Source: Trichoplax adhaerens (taxonomy: Eukaryota > Animalia > Placozoa). Taken from it: a stretch of DNA of 64,000 nt. Below the pieces are notes generated by a model. That model worked only from the letters and a program-made list of their open reading frames with translations, was not told the origin of the DNA and ran no database searches. Numbering within the stretch: the stretch's first letter is position 1; each line of letters starts with the position of its first letter. The stretch lies in contig NW_002060945.1 in NCBI RefSeq assembly GCF_000150275.1, forward strand, positions 3,495,172 through 3,559,171, written 5' to 3'. Both the position numbers and the translations under genes were made by a program. Below are positions 1 to 17,620 of this stretch, one piece after another.

Positions 1-78
1 CGAAATGCCTTATACTGTACGTACAGTATATCCTGCGTTTTGTACCTTATCTTATTATTTATCTAATTTATCATTTAG

Positions 79-344
79 AGCCAAACGATGAAAGTGGAGC
101 TAATGTGGATGCTTCAGTAAGTTTTAATACTACTATTATTATAACATCTAGAACTGTATTTGTACTGTATCGTAAGCTATATAGATTAAAGTGTTAGATC
201 TGGTTTTTAGTTGACATGCAATAGCAACGAATGATTAATTAATCTATCTAAATTCTAATTAATTACCAGAAAATGTGGCGCGAAGATCGTGAAGAATTCA
301 ATCGAGTTGCGAAGGATTGTGTACGAAAATCACTAGGACTGTGA
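79..344 (+). CDS. UBE2G2: Ubiquitin-conjugating enzyme E2 G2 (Ubc7), last two coding exons; 5' part lies outside the window
   Basis: Exons 79-116 and 270-344 joined by a GT-AG intron encode EPNDESGANVDAS|KMWREDREEFNRVAKDCVRKSLGL*, matching the UBE2G2 C-terminus. Confidence 0.93.
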
Positions 345-584
345 TAGTACAGTGAAATTGCAATGAGCGCGTAGTCGCTATTTATAATGCGGTTGTTACG
401 AATTAAAGATTGCATAGATAAAATTCAATGAAGGAATATAAACTTATAATACCGTACAGTGTACGTATTATCACTATTATCATAATGAATAGCTTTGAGA
501 TTATGACCTTATGTCCTCACTTTTAAGATTACAAAAAATTTCTACACATCGATGTGAGAACGATCGTCAGGGTATCAAATTGTG

Positions 585-1850
585 ATTTATGCAGAAGAAT
601 CTGCCATATTACGTTTTTGATCTGGTCTTGCTAGATCTACCAATTGGCTATTGAGTTGTACTTAGATTTAGAAATTAGAATAATAATACAGTGTGTAGCT
701 ACAGTTTTAGGTTTAGTATAAATTTGCTGCAAATATAGTGGTAGGTTTAGCTTTCTGATGATTCCATCTTGGTTCATTAGATTGTATCAGGGATTTAAAA
801 TGTAAATATCTGGTTGCAGGACGACCTTTGTTTAACGATACAAATGTCTTATTCTCCATCGGAAAATTGATTTATTAAAATTTTAGAATAATTGAAATGT
901 CGACTTTTTCTCAACCCTTTGATGTGACACAGAATTGTCAGTATTATTAGCTACAGAGACTTACAGTACTACTCATCGAGAGATTTGCAATATGAACAAA
1001 ATCCTGTTGATAGTCTTACATCTGCTTCTATAAGTTCTTTAGTTGTAGCGTACTAACTTTACACTGCTATAACTTGGTGCTATGTAAAATATTCATAGTT
1101 TTATAATTCATCATATTAACTCGACTAATTGCTCAACATTCTATCAAAAGAAAGTCCTATTGCAAACAAATGGAATAGAAGAGAATCAAGTAGAAAACTA
1201 CTTTCTTATAAATTCCGATAACATAATGGCTTAAGATTTATTCAATGCTTGATTACATAATTTATATTATCCACGATTATTACAGGATTTAGTAGTAATA
1301 AGCACATTGTTCTTGTTATATTAATAATTATGAAACCGCAGACATAATTAGCCGCATGCTAAAGTTATAAATAATGTTCCATCAATGATTTTCAAGACAA
1401 TTTTCAGCCAATACGATACACGCATGATAGCTACTACGTAATAATTCGAGAATGTTATGACAGCATAATATACAAAAGGAATATCTACGGGATTCTTCGC
1501 AAAATTGCATATTAAGTTAGTGATACGACTGTCAATAATATAAATCACATGCTTGAATATGAACATCTAACTAATAGTCTACATCGGCTAAATCTTGCTT
1601 GATGGATTCAAAGACGTGTATAGTCTTTGAAAGCCATTTTTTAACTGATTTCAATTCCAGTTATCGGTAAATTGTACCTTTTACTTCGACAGAAATTAAT
1701 ATCTGATCAATATCTTTGGTAAAAGCAATAGCGCATGTATAGTATTAGCCTATCTTAGTAAACCGTCTATTCGTTAGAAATATACGAGCCTATTCTATAC
1801 ACTACTACTACAAACGAATGCTTCGTCATCTATCTTGCCATTCCATCGGG
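585..1850 (-). pseudogene. Decayed DOCK3/4-like gene, downstream part (pre-C2 region and DHR-1/C2 domain)
   Basis: Minus-strand translations with stops and frameshifts: DGMAR*MTKHSFVVVVYRIGSYISNE (~1850-1770), YTCAIAFTKDIDQILISVEVK (~1740-1680), HQVIAV*S*...LTIL...KS...N...SDGE* (1079-849), VSLNKGRPATRYLHFKSLIQSNEPRW (~841-764). These are collinear with DOCK3 motifs as recalled: VIRIGRMLLND, YGCAVLSILDVLQSLTEVK, HGLIISLQ, ADGE, ISLGSGEPNRSSYHSFVLYHSNSPRW. Confidence 0.7.
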
Positions 1851-1901
1851 TTATGGTAAAATAATCGTTTGTATTTTGATAGTAAAAGCAATTTTTAGCC
1901 T

Positions 1902-4900
1902 TTAATTTTCTTCAACAAATTTTAAGCTTTCCTCGCTTAAGTACTCTTTAAGTAATCCGATAGTATAGTCCCATAATTTTTGCTGTTGTCCTGTGTTTCT
2001 AATTGATCAAGAAGATAGAAGAGAAAAAGAGAATTATTGAAATATTTTAAAAGCTAGCACATTGTCAGCATTGCAATTGGTATCGCTAATGTTACGCGTG
2101 TACATTACCTAGATAGCTTCGATGTTGCAACACATTTACGATCTGAGATATAAATGCCACTGCACCCTTTAAAAGCTGGAGAAACGGCTGCTATAATAGC
2201 GGAACTTGCACCGTCTTTACAATCCTTCATCATACCTTAATGATAAAAGAGAGGCAGTGAATTTATTGTACTATATTTAGTCAATTTAAATCAAATGAGC
2301 TTTACTATTGAATTTTGCAAACATTTTAAAATTACATAATACCAATAACGTTCAGACTATTAAGTTAAATTATGAAGTAAATAAATTTACCAATTCCTTT
2401 TAACACATTGTCAAAATTTCGCCAGAGGAATGAATCTTGAAAGTTGCGATTAATTTCTGTTGCAACCTGGCGTAATATCAATCATATTAAAACAAATGAA
2501 CGACTATGGGATACAATAAAGCTAAAAATACTTTGACTTCGCAATAGAAGATTAACAATATTTAAAAAGAAATTGCTACTCCAACTTTTATGGAAGGTAA
2601 TGAAAGTTATTAAATACTTGCAAATGACTCTGATAAATATAATAAGTATCAGTAATTACTAAATTATACAAAAGATTATTAAATAGTATACATTAAATGC
2701 TTTCAAATGATTAAAGAGACGGCGATCAATAATTTATAATAAGCAATTATCTTAAGTTTCACGTAAGGTAACTAAGTATATGAAGCAACTCAATTAGAAG
2801 AGAAGGTTATTAACAGGTTAAAAACAAGTAGTTATCAAAGTATACGAAAGATGACTAGACACATTAAGTACTTGCCACTCGCAAGAGAGTATTCTAGATA
2901 GTAAACTAGATATAGGCATACTGCATAGATGTATAGAAACTTCTAACATGCGGGTAATTTCTACTGTAAACTGATATCACATTTATCGTCATGGTTTATG
3001 CAAAAAGTAAATAATCAACTCTATATATTCACAAAGTAGAAAACGGTAAAAAATTAAATCTCGGTAAACACGAGTAAATGCAGAACATTAAGGGTTCTCA
3101 ATTCGTTGGTAAAGTAATGATATTTTTATTGCAGAGTAAGTATTATTCTATAGATATGCTGTGAGAAATTACTTTTTATTATTAACTACTGTAAAGTAGA
3201 TTTCCGATACTTGAAGATGCAATTATACTAAGTTTACTTACTACGCCTGGATGAACAGATAATATCCCAATGTTACTTCCTGTTATTTTTTGTTGTAATG
3301 AAAACATGAACATAATCTACAAAATCGATTTCAAGCAATTAAGAGTTCTTAATAAGAAATATTTGATTAAAAGCTTTAAACTTTAATTTCAACCATAATA
3401 TAAAACAGTAACTTACTTGAAAGAGCTTAGAATTACTATACATTTGTATTCGTGAGTAGGATTTATTGCCCTGAACATTATTAAAATCTAATTTTCCCAT
3501 TGAATGAGCGAGCGATGATACTTGAACTATTCGAATATCTTCACCACTCTTATTCATTATTGGAAGTAACTCAAGTGCTATTAAGCAGTGGCCTAAATAA
3601 TTGATCTAGTAGGATAGATAAAGAGTTTACCAAGAGAATATGTTTATCCTTTTTATAATGACAATGTAGAGTAGCTCTGTAGTAGATGGGCCATAAGCTT
3701 TAGCATAAAATTTAATGGAGACTTACCTGAAAATGTCTTTCATACCCATCTTCTGTATAACCTAGAATGATCAATGGTGTATAATTACGCTATAAATCAA
3801 TTATTCAATTTCATAGAACGGTTATATTATTTGAAAGCCACTACACTTAACTTAATATAATTGATAACATATATAAAATAAATCAATTTTTTAGAATCAT
3901 ATAATGACAATTGACCGATACTACAATTTTAATATACTGATGTCTAACGAGCATCACAAATACTTTATATTGGTGTAAAGCGATTATATATGTTAGACTG
4001 TCTATAACAAAGAAATCTCTTTTAATCTAAATTTAGATGCAGTGAAAGTTACCTTGAGAAGCATTACCAATACCAGCATTGCATATTAATAGCTGAATTG
4101 GCTTGTCTAAAGACTTGACGTCTTCAATAAATTTATAAATAGATCTTAACGAGCTCAAATCCAAGGGCATAAACTGTAATTTCAGTTCCTGAAATTCTTC
4201 CTCTATTCAGTTGTAAATAATATAAATAGATTATAAATTAAGGCTTTAGATAACTTAAAAATTTCATATGATGGATTCACCGGTCAAATTATAAGATAGA
4301 AATTATTTGAAATCATCGATATGTTTTACATTATTGTAAAGTAGAATAGATTTTTAAAATTTGCCTTCATTATTGTTTTCCCAAAGAGATTTATGTTCCA
4401 GCTGAAGGTTTTCAATTGCCTAACATTCAAATTAGATTTTAATGACAAATAAGCGATTAAAGATGTCCTCTATATTGCCATGTAGATCGACAATGAAATT
4501 ATTATTTGTGCAATAAAAAATTTGATCAAATTCATGATGCAACTTGACAATATTCTATATATATTATTATTAACAGAATATGTGCACTTTGGAATATTGT
4601 GAGAGTTAGTATATGACAAGGCTGAGTATCATTATGACCAATCTTAAGGGGAAAAATCGGTCTTAGGGAGGCCATAACATATATATATACATAAAATACG
4701 TCTATTTTGTATAATCAATAGAGATTAAAAATCAAATAGCGGTGTACCGTGTACAATATACGTTTGGCTTGGATGTTTAATGTGAATAAGTAATCGAATA
4801 ACTACATTTAAAAAATACCTCTATAATAGATGTTTAACATGAATTAATACTCCGATAACAAAATATGATACATATATATTGAATACCTATTTGGGATATT

Positions 4901-7900
4901 TAACATGACTTAACAATCGAATAAAACTAATATTTATAACATTCGTCCACTTTTGGATATATAGCTTACATTAGTACTCGTATGTGATAAGATTAAATAT
5001 TAACCCTCGTTGTATAAAATGTGTTTATTTATATACTTAAAGTGAATTAATAATCAAATAGCGATGTATCACATACCGCATAATATACAATATTCTCGTA
5101 TGCTACGCCTACTCTGGAAAATATATAACGTGTATTAGTATACGTACTAAACTATTAAGATTGCTTGGCAATATACATAATATACTCCCACACTAGATAT
5201 TTAATATACTACGTATTTAGTGATGACTAAAGATTAAATAATAATAATAATTAACATTTAAATTTATGTTCCATATAGAACAAAACACGACTATATTTAG
5301 AGTCGTCTTCCTCACTAGAATAACTGATTAATATTTTTATTCGCTACAAAATAGCCATTGACTGATCATGACATTTTTACTCATTGTTCCTAATTTGAAC
5401 TTTGATCATGGACTAGGTATAAACATTGAGCTTTAAGTGAAACCAGATGTGCATCTTGATTTATAATTAGCCCCATAAGAAAAATAAGCACGCAAAAAGC
5501 TTTTCCTTATTGTCCTCGAGAACAGTAGCGATGATGAAAGAATGAATAAAATAATAATCATCTGTAAATAACAGGGTTGTTCAAGATGAAATACATAGCT
5601 CTAACTCATAATTAATGGCCAAGTTCAAATTTTGTCGATTTAAACTTGTTAAAATCATCATCTACAGACTTTATATCAAGCCATTCACGCTTATTATTTC
5701 TAATTTAAATCGATAAATACTTTTATAGTCCTATATATAAATTTATCACCTTATTCGTAGATATATTTCCAATGTATTAAAGCAAAAGTTGATACAATTT
5801 AAGACAAAAATTGAAATTCGATTCATTAAAAAGCTACAAATCGAGGGCTTAATAGTGAGAGCAAATAGAAAACAAGCTACAATGAAGACATCCGAATTTA
5901 TTGAAAACTAAGTTATTAACTTGCTACATCAAATAAAGATTACGGTATGTTACGATGAAGAAATTAGAGCTGTTGAAAATAAGCTAGGGCAAGAAAGACG
6001 TAAATTGAATCTGTTCATAACTAGAGTCTCTAGGCAACTACAGTAGTAGTTGGTTAATTTATTACAAGAAATAGAGACCGTGTTATAATAATGTAAACTA
6101 AAGCCATTGGAAATAAATTAGGATAAGAATTAGAAGACGTACTATAAAGCTATTAAGGTTACCCATAAATCAAGAAATAAACAACGGGATATGAGGTAAT
6201 TAAAGCGTTAAAAAATGATAAACAAAAATTATCAAAATAGGAAAATCAGTTATTACGCTTAAAGAAGTAGCACTGAAAAGCTAATTTGTTGAAGGATAAA
6301 TACTCGTATGTATAAATTCGTAATATCGCGAAATTAATCTCGATAGTGGTTAGTCTATAAGATATGCGTAATCATGCCGCACAATTAATTGCAAATCCAA
6401 ATGATGAATGAAAGTTTCCCCCAAAAAAATCAATATTTATATAGAATCAGTGATAGATGATAAGGTAGTTAACTTTAAATGAAATGATGAAAGTATGTTT
6501 ACCAATAATAAAATAGATTTAATTCAGTCGGTACAATATCAATATCCATTTGAATACTGCCTGATGAAATAGATAAAAATTGAAACAACACTAGACAACT
6601 GCAGAATCATTTTTTGCAATAATCTTACTAGAAATAGTGTATTATAAGGTTAATCTATCTATAAAGGAATATTTGTTATTCTTAATATCAAATGAAAGGT
6701 GTAATTTAAAGCGAAGTGAAATTCTCCTCTTGGGTAGATAAATAATAATAGATAGGAATAAGGTATGTCTACAATGAAGAGACCAATGAATAGTTCACAA
6801 CTTCAATTTTGATTAGATCAAGAAACAATGAAATAATCAAGGCTGTAATGAATAATTGTTCTTAATGGTTTGATCAACATGGAATCGGCAGTTATAGAAA
6901 AAAAAGCTTATGGTGGATGACCTGCAGCGATGTTGTTTTAAATCCTATTTTCAGTCTAAAATCAGAGAATACACGATTCGCTATGCGTATTAATGACGAT
7001 ATAATCACAAGGTTGGTCTTGCTTTCCCATTTATGCGAAGCTAAATTCGATAGTCATGAAATTGACCTAAGTCATCTCGAGCTTCTTCGGCCGTATACAA
7101 AATGCATTACTAAACACTTGGAATTTATAATCTACTGGATTTATCTATTAATTGGCTGTGAAATAAATTACTATCCATTTCGACCCAATATCACTATTTC
7201 AATCATTTGGAGACTATTTTTTCTTTAGTCGATGTTCAAATGGTTTACAACATTTCGAGTTTGAAGCTAGGGATCGGATATTTGCACACCTTTTCTTTTT
7301 CTAAATCGTAAACTGTCTTGGATTCAAAATTAGGGAATGGGTATAAGATTAGGCGTTCATTAACAGCTTTAACTATTTGGCTAGCTAGATCGCAAAAAAT
7401 TATAGTTGTGGTACAAACTATTCCCCATTCATAAGCTAATTTGATATTTTAATAGTAGCAGGCATTTATTGAAGACTTAAAGACTTATTATGCGATCGTG
7501 TAGATCAGAAAATAAATATGGTAGAGCAGCGTTCAGTTTACGTATATCGTATTATCGGAGTAAATAACTTAGTCTGTGTGCTTATACATATAGCACACAT
7601 CGATGTGTTTAAGTTTAATAACTTCACGTATTACCATACTATTATGCGTGATGATCTTATAGCCTTATTACCGAGTGGTTCTATTCTTGCTAATTATTAG
7701 AAAGGTAGAGAATGAAAGATACCTCGAATGAAATTATTGTAATCTACTCAAATATAGGCAGATATTCACTCCCACAATAGTATCGAAGTTATAGATAGGT
7801 TTAATGTGCCAAGTGCTGCAATTTAAAAAATGCATAAACACATTCAATATCTCTTTTTCAGTACTAGTGTTAATAATTATTCTAACTTATCAGCCATTAG

Positions 7901-8268
7901 CCAGATATACGATAACGCACATCGAATAAAAATTTAGAACATAGATACAGATATGCGCATTGCATCTTTACTATGGTTCTTGCATACCAATCTTACTACT
8001 AAACAGTTATAATTTTACCGGACGTTGACGTATATAAAGAATAAAGCCTGTGAAGCAATAATGATTGTACTTAGCTCCAATGTAGAGAATTCGTTACCTC
8101 TTTAGCACTTTCTTGAGACCGACATGCTAAAATTACTGTAGCACCCATTCGAGCCAAAGCTAGAGTAATCCCATAGCCGATACCGCGGTTTGCACCAGTT
8201 ACGATTGCCGTTACATTATTTAAGGAAATATTTTCAGGTAAGGACAATTTGGTTGCTTTATTACCCAT
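1902..8268 (-). CDS. Short-chain dehydrogenase/reductase, retinol dehydrogenase 11-14/WWOX-like (SDR7C-type)
   Basis: Exons approx. 8268-8098, 4419-4365, 4202-4053, 3762-3728, 3606-3417, 3317-3241, 2466-2392, 2235-2109, 1998-1902. Contains TGANRGIG Rossmann motif, ILACRS, LDLSSL, ICNAG, VSS, catalytic YSNSK, VHPG and QQKLW, and the exon phases join into one frame. Confidence 0.9.
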
Positions 8269-8526
8269 AGTCTACCTATTAGTTGAATATTGTGCCTTAA
8301 AAGTAATTAATCGGCTTAACGTTGAAAACGTAGAGAAATAATTCAGCGAAAAATGGGATAGATAATAATGAAGGAAAGTAGTTAGCAGGTTTGTTAATGG
8401 TGACTACATCGACTGCACAATACTGTTTGCAACTGTCTACTCGTATAAATAGTCTAAGTTTTTATATAATAGAAAAACATAATCGAACTTCTATGTATGG
8501 AATGGCGTAGAAAATAAATCAAATTA

Positions 8527-9066
8527 CGATGAGTTAGGTGGGGCTGTCTCCATGACTTCGTCAGGTGTGTTTAATTGACCTTTTGTTGATGTGGGAAGAA
8601 AATCTATGAGTGTATAATGATAATAATAATAACAAGCATAAATATCAACATTGAAGATGGCCAATAAAATCTATAGTAACAGCTAGCTGTAGAGCTTAAT
8701 GACAATGATAAAAAATTCAATAGATATTGGTAATCTCGAAAATAAGAATTTAAAGACTCATCAGAGTGCTGGATACGCTTAAATACCAAAAATAGCTTTT
8801 AAAAGTTGCCGATGTAAATCTTTCTATTTGTAGTGGAAGTTCTCCTTGCGTTCAATCTAGATTTCATACAGCGTGATCTTAAATTGTTCAGAGTAATCTT
8901 GATCCTTCTACTTAGTCGTTAGGATATCATTACCGTCCCTTAATGACGTACAATCGTAGATTCTCAATATGTCTTCGGTCGATTTTCTCTCTAATCTTAA
9001 TCCAATTTTCTTATGATATGCATTGCACCTGCCAGGCTTGTACTGTAGGCAGGGATACCAATACAT
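8527..9066 (-). pseudogene. Decayed DOCK3/4-like gene, N-terminal part (SH3 remnant and helical region)
   Basis: One frame from ATG 9066 reads MYWYPCLQYKPG...GLRLERKSTEDIL...ITLYE..*IERKENFHYK*KDLHRQLL with three internal TAG, then DFLPTSTKGQLNTPDE at ~8604-8557. Collinear with recalled DOCK motifs MWTPTEEEKYG, GLVLEIGETVQIL, TLQE, KVDLFYK, DLRRQLL and DLVVRDDNGNILDPDE. Confidence 0.7.
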
Positions 9067-10718
9067 GGACCTAACTCCAAGTTTTTACAAAAATAAGATC
9101 ACTCTTATTTAAATATTAGTCGATCCTTCGCGTACTATATTTTGTATCTTTTACTTTGTATTATCTTCACTGCACGATGTTCGCACATTGTACGCTCGCG
9201 CAGAATATTTTAAAATTTTAATGTAAACTTTAACCGTATACAGAATAATAGCATTATTTCTTTAGAGGTTAACCCCTAAAGTCGATAGCATCTTTAAAGA
9301 AATGTTTTCTATTTTTACGACTAGGGATCTAGATAAATTCTAAATTCTATATAGATTATTAATTAGCTAAACTATTTTATTTTTAGTTGTACTTGCTGTA
9401 CACTGTGCAATGTTAACGTAGTTAAAAGTACTACGATGTAACACAGATACCACATCAATTTGCAGACTGTTTTCATTTTTGTAAATCTAGAATTCAAATA
9501 AACTAATTACTATCAGCTATACTGTACAGTACAGTAAACAGTTATTAAGATAAGCATCTTCAAAGTAATAGAAAGTAAAGTAAAACGCTTATACATCGTC
9601 ATTTCCGCAGATACATAAATATTGTTAACAATTAATATAAATTTCAAAAATCGTGCTGTAGAGTATCGTAATTTGCATGAAATGATTACATTAATAGCAT
9701 TAATAAATAGCCGAGACAAATATTTTATAATTATGATAAACGTAAAGTAAATTGAAAGTTGGTAATATCTTGCTCATTAAGAGATACTGCCATCATGTTT
9801 CATTTCGTTCCATGCGGTTAGGTTTACGAAAGTAATAAATTTCAATATGATACGCAAGAAAGACCAACTAGTATAAGTTAAAAGTTCAATTTGTTTATAA
9901 CAAAGATAATACAGCCGATGAGCAAGTCAAGTTAATCAAATTAAATCATAACGCATCAAGAATTAGCATAAATAGGCAGTTTTATCCAGATATTTAGATA
10001 AAACTTCCCAGTCACATAAGCAAAATTAGAGTTTACAGTATAAGCGATCTGAAAAAATTAGCACAATGTTAAATTTGTTAATAAAGCATATATTACAATA
10101 TGGTACAGTACCATACAGAAGAATACAAGTCGATCTCTGAACTGTAATTTAATATCTCTGGTATAATCAACGCTATAATAAGAATTATCTATTTCATAGA
10201 TAACTATATGGCGACCAACTGTAATCATATCAATGAAATCTCACAGCAACCAAAGTTATCGAGGCAGACTTAACAAAAACAACTTAAATTTTTTTCTGTT
10301 ATACTATCGAACTGTAGCAGTATAAATTTTCTAAATTTATTGTTGGCTAACAGTTTTTGTTGCTTTATACTGGATTCAGTTATCTTAAAGTAACGAATAT
10401 TGTATAGTATTTGAAATTACATTGACCAACTTGTTGCAATTATAAAAGGAAGACCAATGACAAGATCCTCTTTGTCGCATTGCGCTATCAATCATCTATG
10501 TCAGGTTAATAGTAAAATGTACAATCTACGCAAATTGTATCGGGAACTACGGCGCAATATCAGTAATTAGTATGACGGATTAATCAAAATCGAAACACCA
10601 CATCGGTGGTGAATATTACAACATGATATGTTGTCGAGAGTAATAAAACAACGAAAGTTAAAAGTGCAGGATCTCTCATCTATTCGATCCTGTAGCGTCC
10701 ATCCTAAAAAGGCAATCT

Positions 10719-15149
<4,431 letters not shown>

Positions 15150-15894
15150 AGTTTCATCGACGTGCGCGGGGCAGATATGTGTACATACAAGTCCACGGTC
15201 AATACCAACTCGATTTGTAAATTAAACTCCAGGGGCTATTAATATTGAATGGAAAGGAAGGAATAATCTATACAAGCACGAGAAATGATCGATCGTCTAA
15301 AAATATCTTGATTTCCTTATAGCGATAGCTATCTAAAAGGAAGAAGATAAAAAAAACAAAAACAATAACAATCAATTGAAGGATCCTTTGAAAAAGAAAA
15401 AGATCCAAGATAGATGATATTATTATATTTATTTTTTTTTAAGGTGGTTGCGGGTAGACGATCAGTTATGTGGCTATAATCCGTTACGTCTCCTTTTTTT
15501 GTGCCTTGTAAACTACGATCACGTACTCTATATTGGTTTACTCGTTTATCATGTCTGTTCTCCAGTATTGCCAACAACGACTATCCTACTTTGAAGCTAC
15601 TATCGTTCGTCGATAAAACACTTGAAAAGCTCTTGACCGAACTACAATCAAAAACTTACCGCACTTTTGTATCAAACTGCTGGTGTCCAAATCCAATGGA
15701 AATTAGATCCTCAAGCAATGTTTTTCGATCTTTTGCAAGGAAGAACAAATTGCTCAATCCAATTGGACTATGACTGAGAAAATGAAGATTTTTAAATAGA
15801 CTGGTTGAAGATGTGCCAACTTGCCCGAACAGCAAATAGTCAATGAACGTTGTTGAGCACGGGAGACTTTTTGCGTTAGAGTCTGTCCGCTGAA

Positions 15895-16440
15895 CGTTAC
15901 ACTACAGTATGATGTACTGTACACTCTACTGTACAGCGTCGACCATACAGTACAGTACACTGTACTGTACAGTACGTATAGTGAGAACTTTTCCCTTTAA
16001 GTCTGTGGCGCATTCAACCCTATTGTCAACAACTCTACGACTGCTAGCAACCAGTAAAATGACTGTAATTGAATACGCCTGAAGACGTCCCTTTTCATTT
16101 TCATTTATTCATTGGAAGTCCTAGCTACTGTATTTTCTGTAACCGTAGCTACTGATTGAACTGGATTATTACAGTATTGTAGCTATTGAATAATGGAACA
16201 GTACAGTACTACAGTATACAGTACAGTTAGTAGGAAAAGAAAAGTGGATTTGCATAGTAATATTGAAAGGATATTCCCACGTCAGGTCTATTCCCACTGC
16301 ATAACGCATTACTGTACAGTGTACAGTAGTGTACAGTAGAACTGCCAACGTACAGTGTACAGTACAGTACAGCATGTTACGGTGCAACGTACTGTGTGTT
16401 ACAGTCGAAAGTATTGTACGGTACAGTAGTACCGTACCGA
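15895..16440. promoter_or_regulatory. TACTGTAC/GTACAGTA-rich blocks upstream of DLK (divergent DLK/LSM5 region)
   Basis: Dense arrays of ACAGT/ACTGT units at 15900-15977 and 16170-16440. A promoter role is inferred from position only. Confidence 0.5.
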
Positions 16441-17229
16441 ACTAGGAAGAGCATGATGTAATCATCTCGATCATACGGCATTATTGACCGAGCCTACAGT
16501 ATAGGATGTCCGCAATGTAGGGAGATCCTTGGCTTGGCCAGGTATCGTCCTTCCAATGAAGGACTTCTAGGAGAATTCTAAAACTCCTTGTTCGGATGAA
16601 CAGACTACGTAGAATAATCTGCTGTTCCTTCTGGAATTTTCACTACAATCGACTCTTTCATTCAATGAGTGAGTACTGGAGTCTTCTACCATAGACTATT
16701 GTGCTGGACTACTAAAAAAAAACGAATACCTTCCGGTACTACAGTACCCATTCACTAGCACGATAGCAAGTCATTTGACTGCCTAAAAGTAATCGATCAA
16801 CCGTGTCCAATGTCTATCTGTCACATAAGGGCAACTACAGTCAAAAAAAAGAGGTTCGGTTTTTTTGTTTATTTAAATAGATATGTCATCGAGAGAGAAT
16901 CGTACGAGTGCTGCAATTAAAGGTCAGCAGAAATCCTCCATTGACCTCCAATCAAGTCTGTACTGACATATTGTTCCCATTCTATATATAGGTAAAACGT
17001 AGGATACATCTGATAGCTGAAGTACCGTACAATTAGAACGTATTAACGTAGCACAGTAATGTATCGTTTCAGACATACTAACGTTTCAGTGAATCTTTTT
17101 CACCACTTTTTTCATCTCTTCCCTTTAAGTCGTCTTTAAATTACCAAACGTACACAACGCTAATGACTATTGAGGATAGGAGAACGAAAGCGCGCAGTCA
17201 GCAAAATTTCATCTTGAACAACAGAAAAG

Positions 17230-17620
17230 AAGCTACAGTACAGTACTGTACAGTACAGTATGATTCTACCCTACAGTACAGTACTGTACTGTAGCGTAGC
17301 TACTACAGTATTGTATTGTACCTTCTGGATAGGCTATTCCGTCCGGCGGTATTTTAACCGCGGCATATTGACCGTGTTGGAGCTACGATACAACTCAGGC
17401 CTAGGGATGGAACGAAAGCAAGAACTAAGCGCATACTGTACTGTATACAGTTGTACACAGGAACTTGCAAGACTAATAGTGAAACTGTGAATAGATGTGG
17501 CACCTGCAACTAGTAAGACATTACAAGTTGCTGGTTCCGCATCTATTCACAGTTTACTGTATGCAACCATTTAGTAGTTCATGGTAGTACTAATGTACCG
17601 CATTCACTACATACTGTACA
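17230..17620. promoter_or_regulatory. TACTGTAC/GTACAGTA-rich blocks upstream of LSM5
   Basis: Arrays at 17234-17300, 17430-17460 and ~17550-17620. Confidence 0.45.

Noticed and set aside
26-60. ATATCCTG resembling a U12 AT-AC 5' splice site upstream of the UBE2G2 exon
   Set aside because: Imperfect consensus, no coding exon before it, and no matching branch site or AC acceptor.
8558-8585. TCGTCAGGTG similar to the 5' end of U8 snoRNA
   Set aside because: No C/D boxes follow, and the opposite strand is better explained as DOCK relic (PDE motif).
16445-16715. Assignment of island A as RNase P/MRP RNA or a group I intron
   Set aside because: Only short motif echoes; P1/P4 (or P7) pairings cannot be built. 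Left unassigned.
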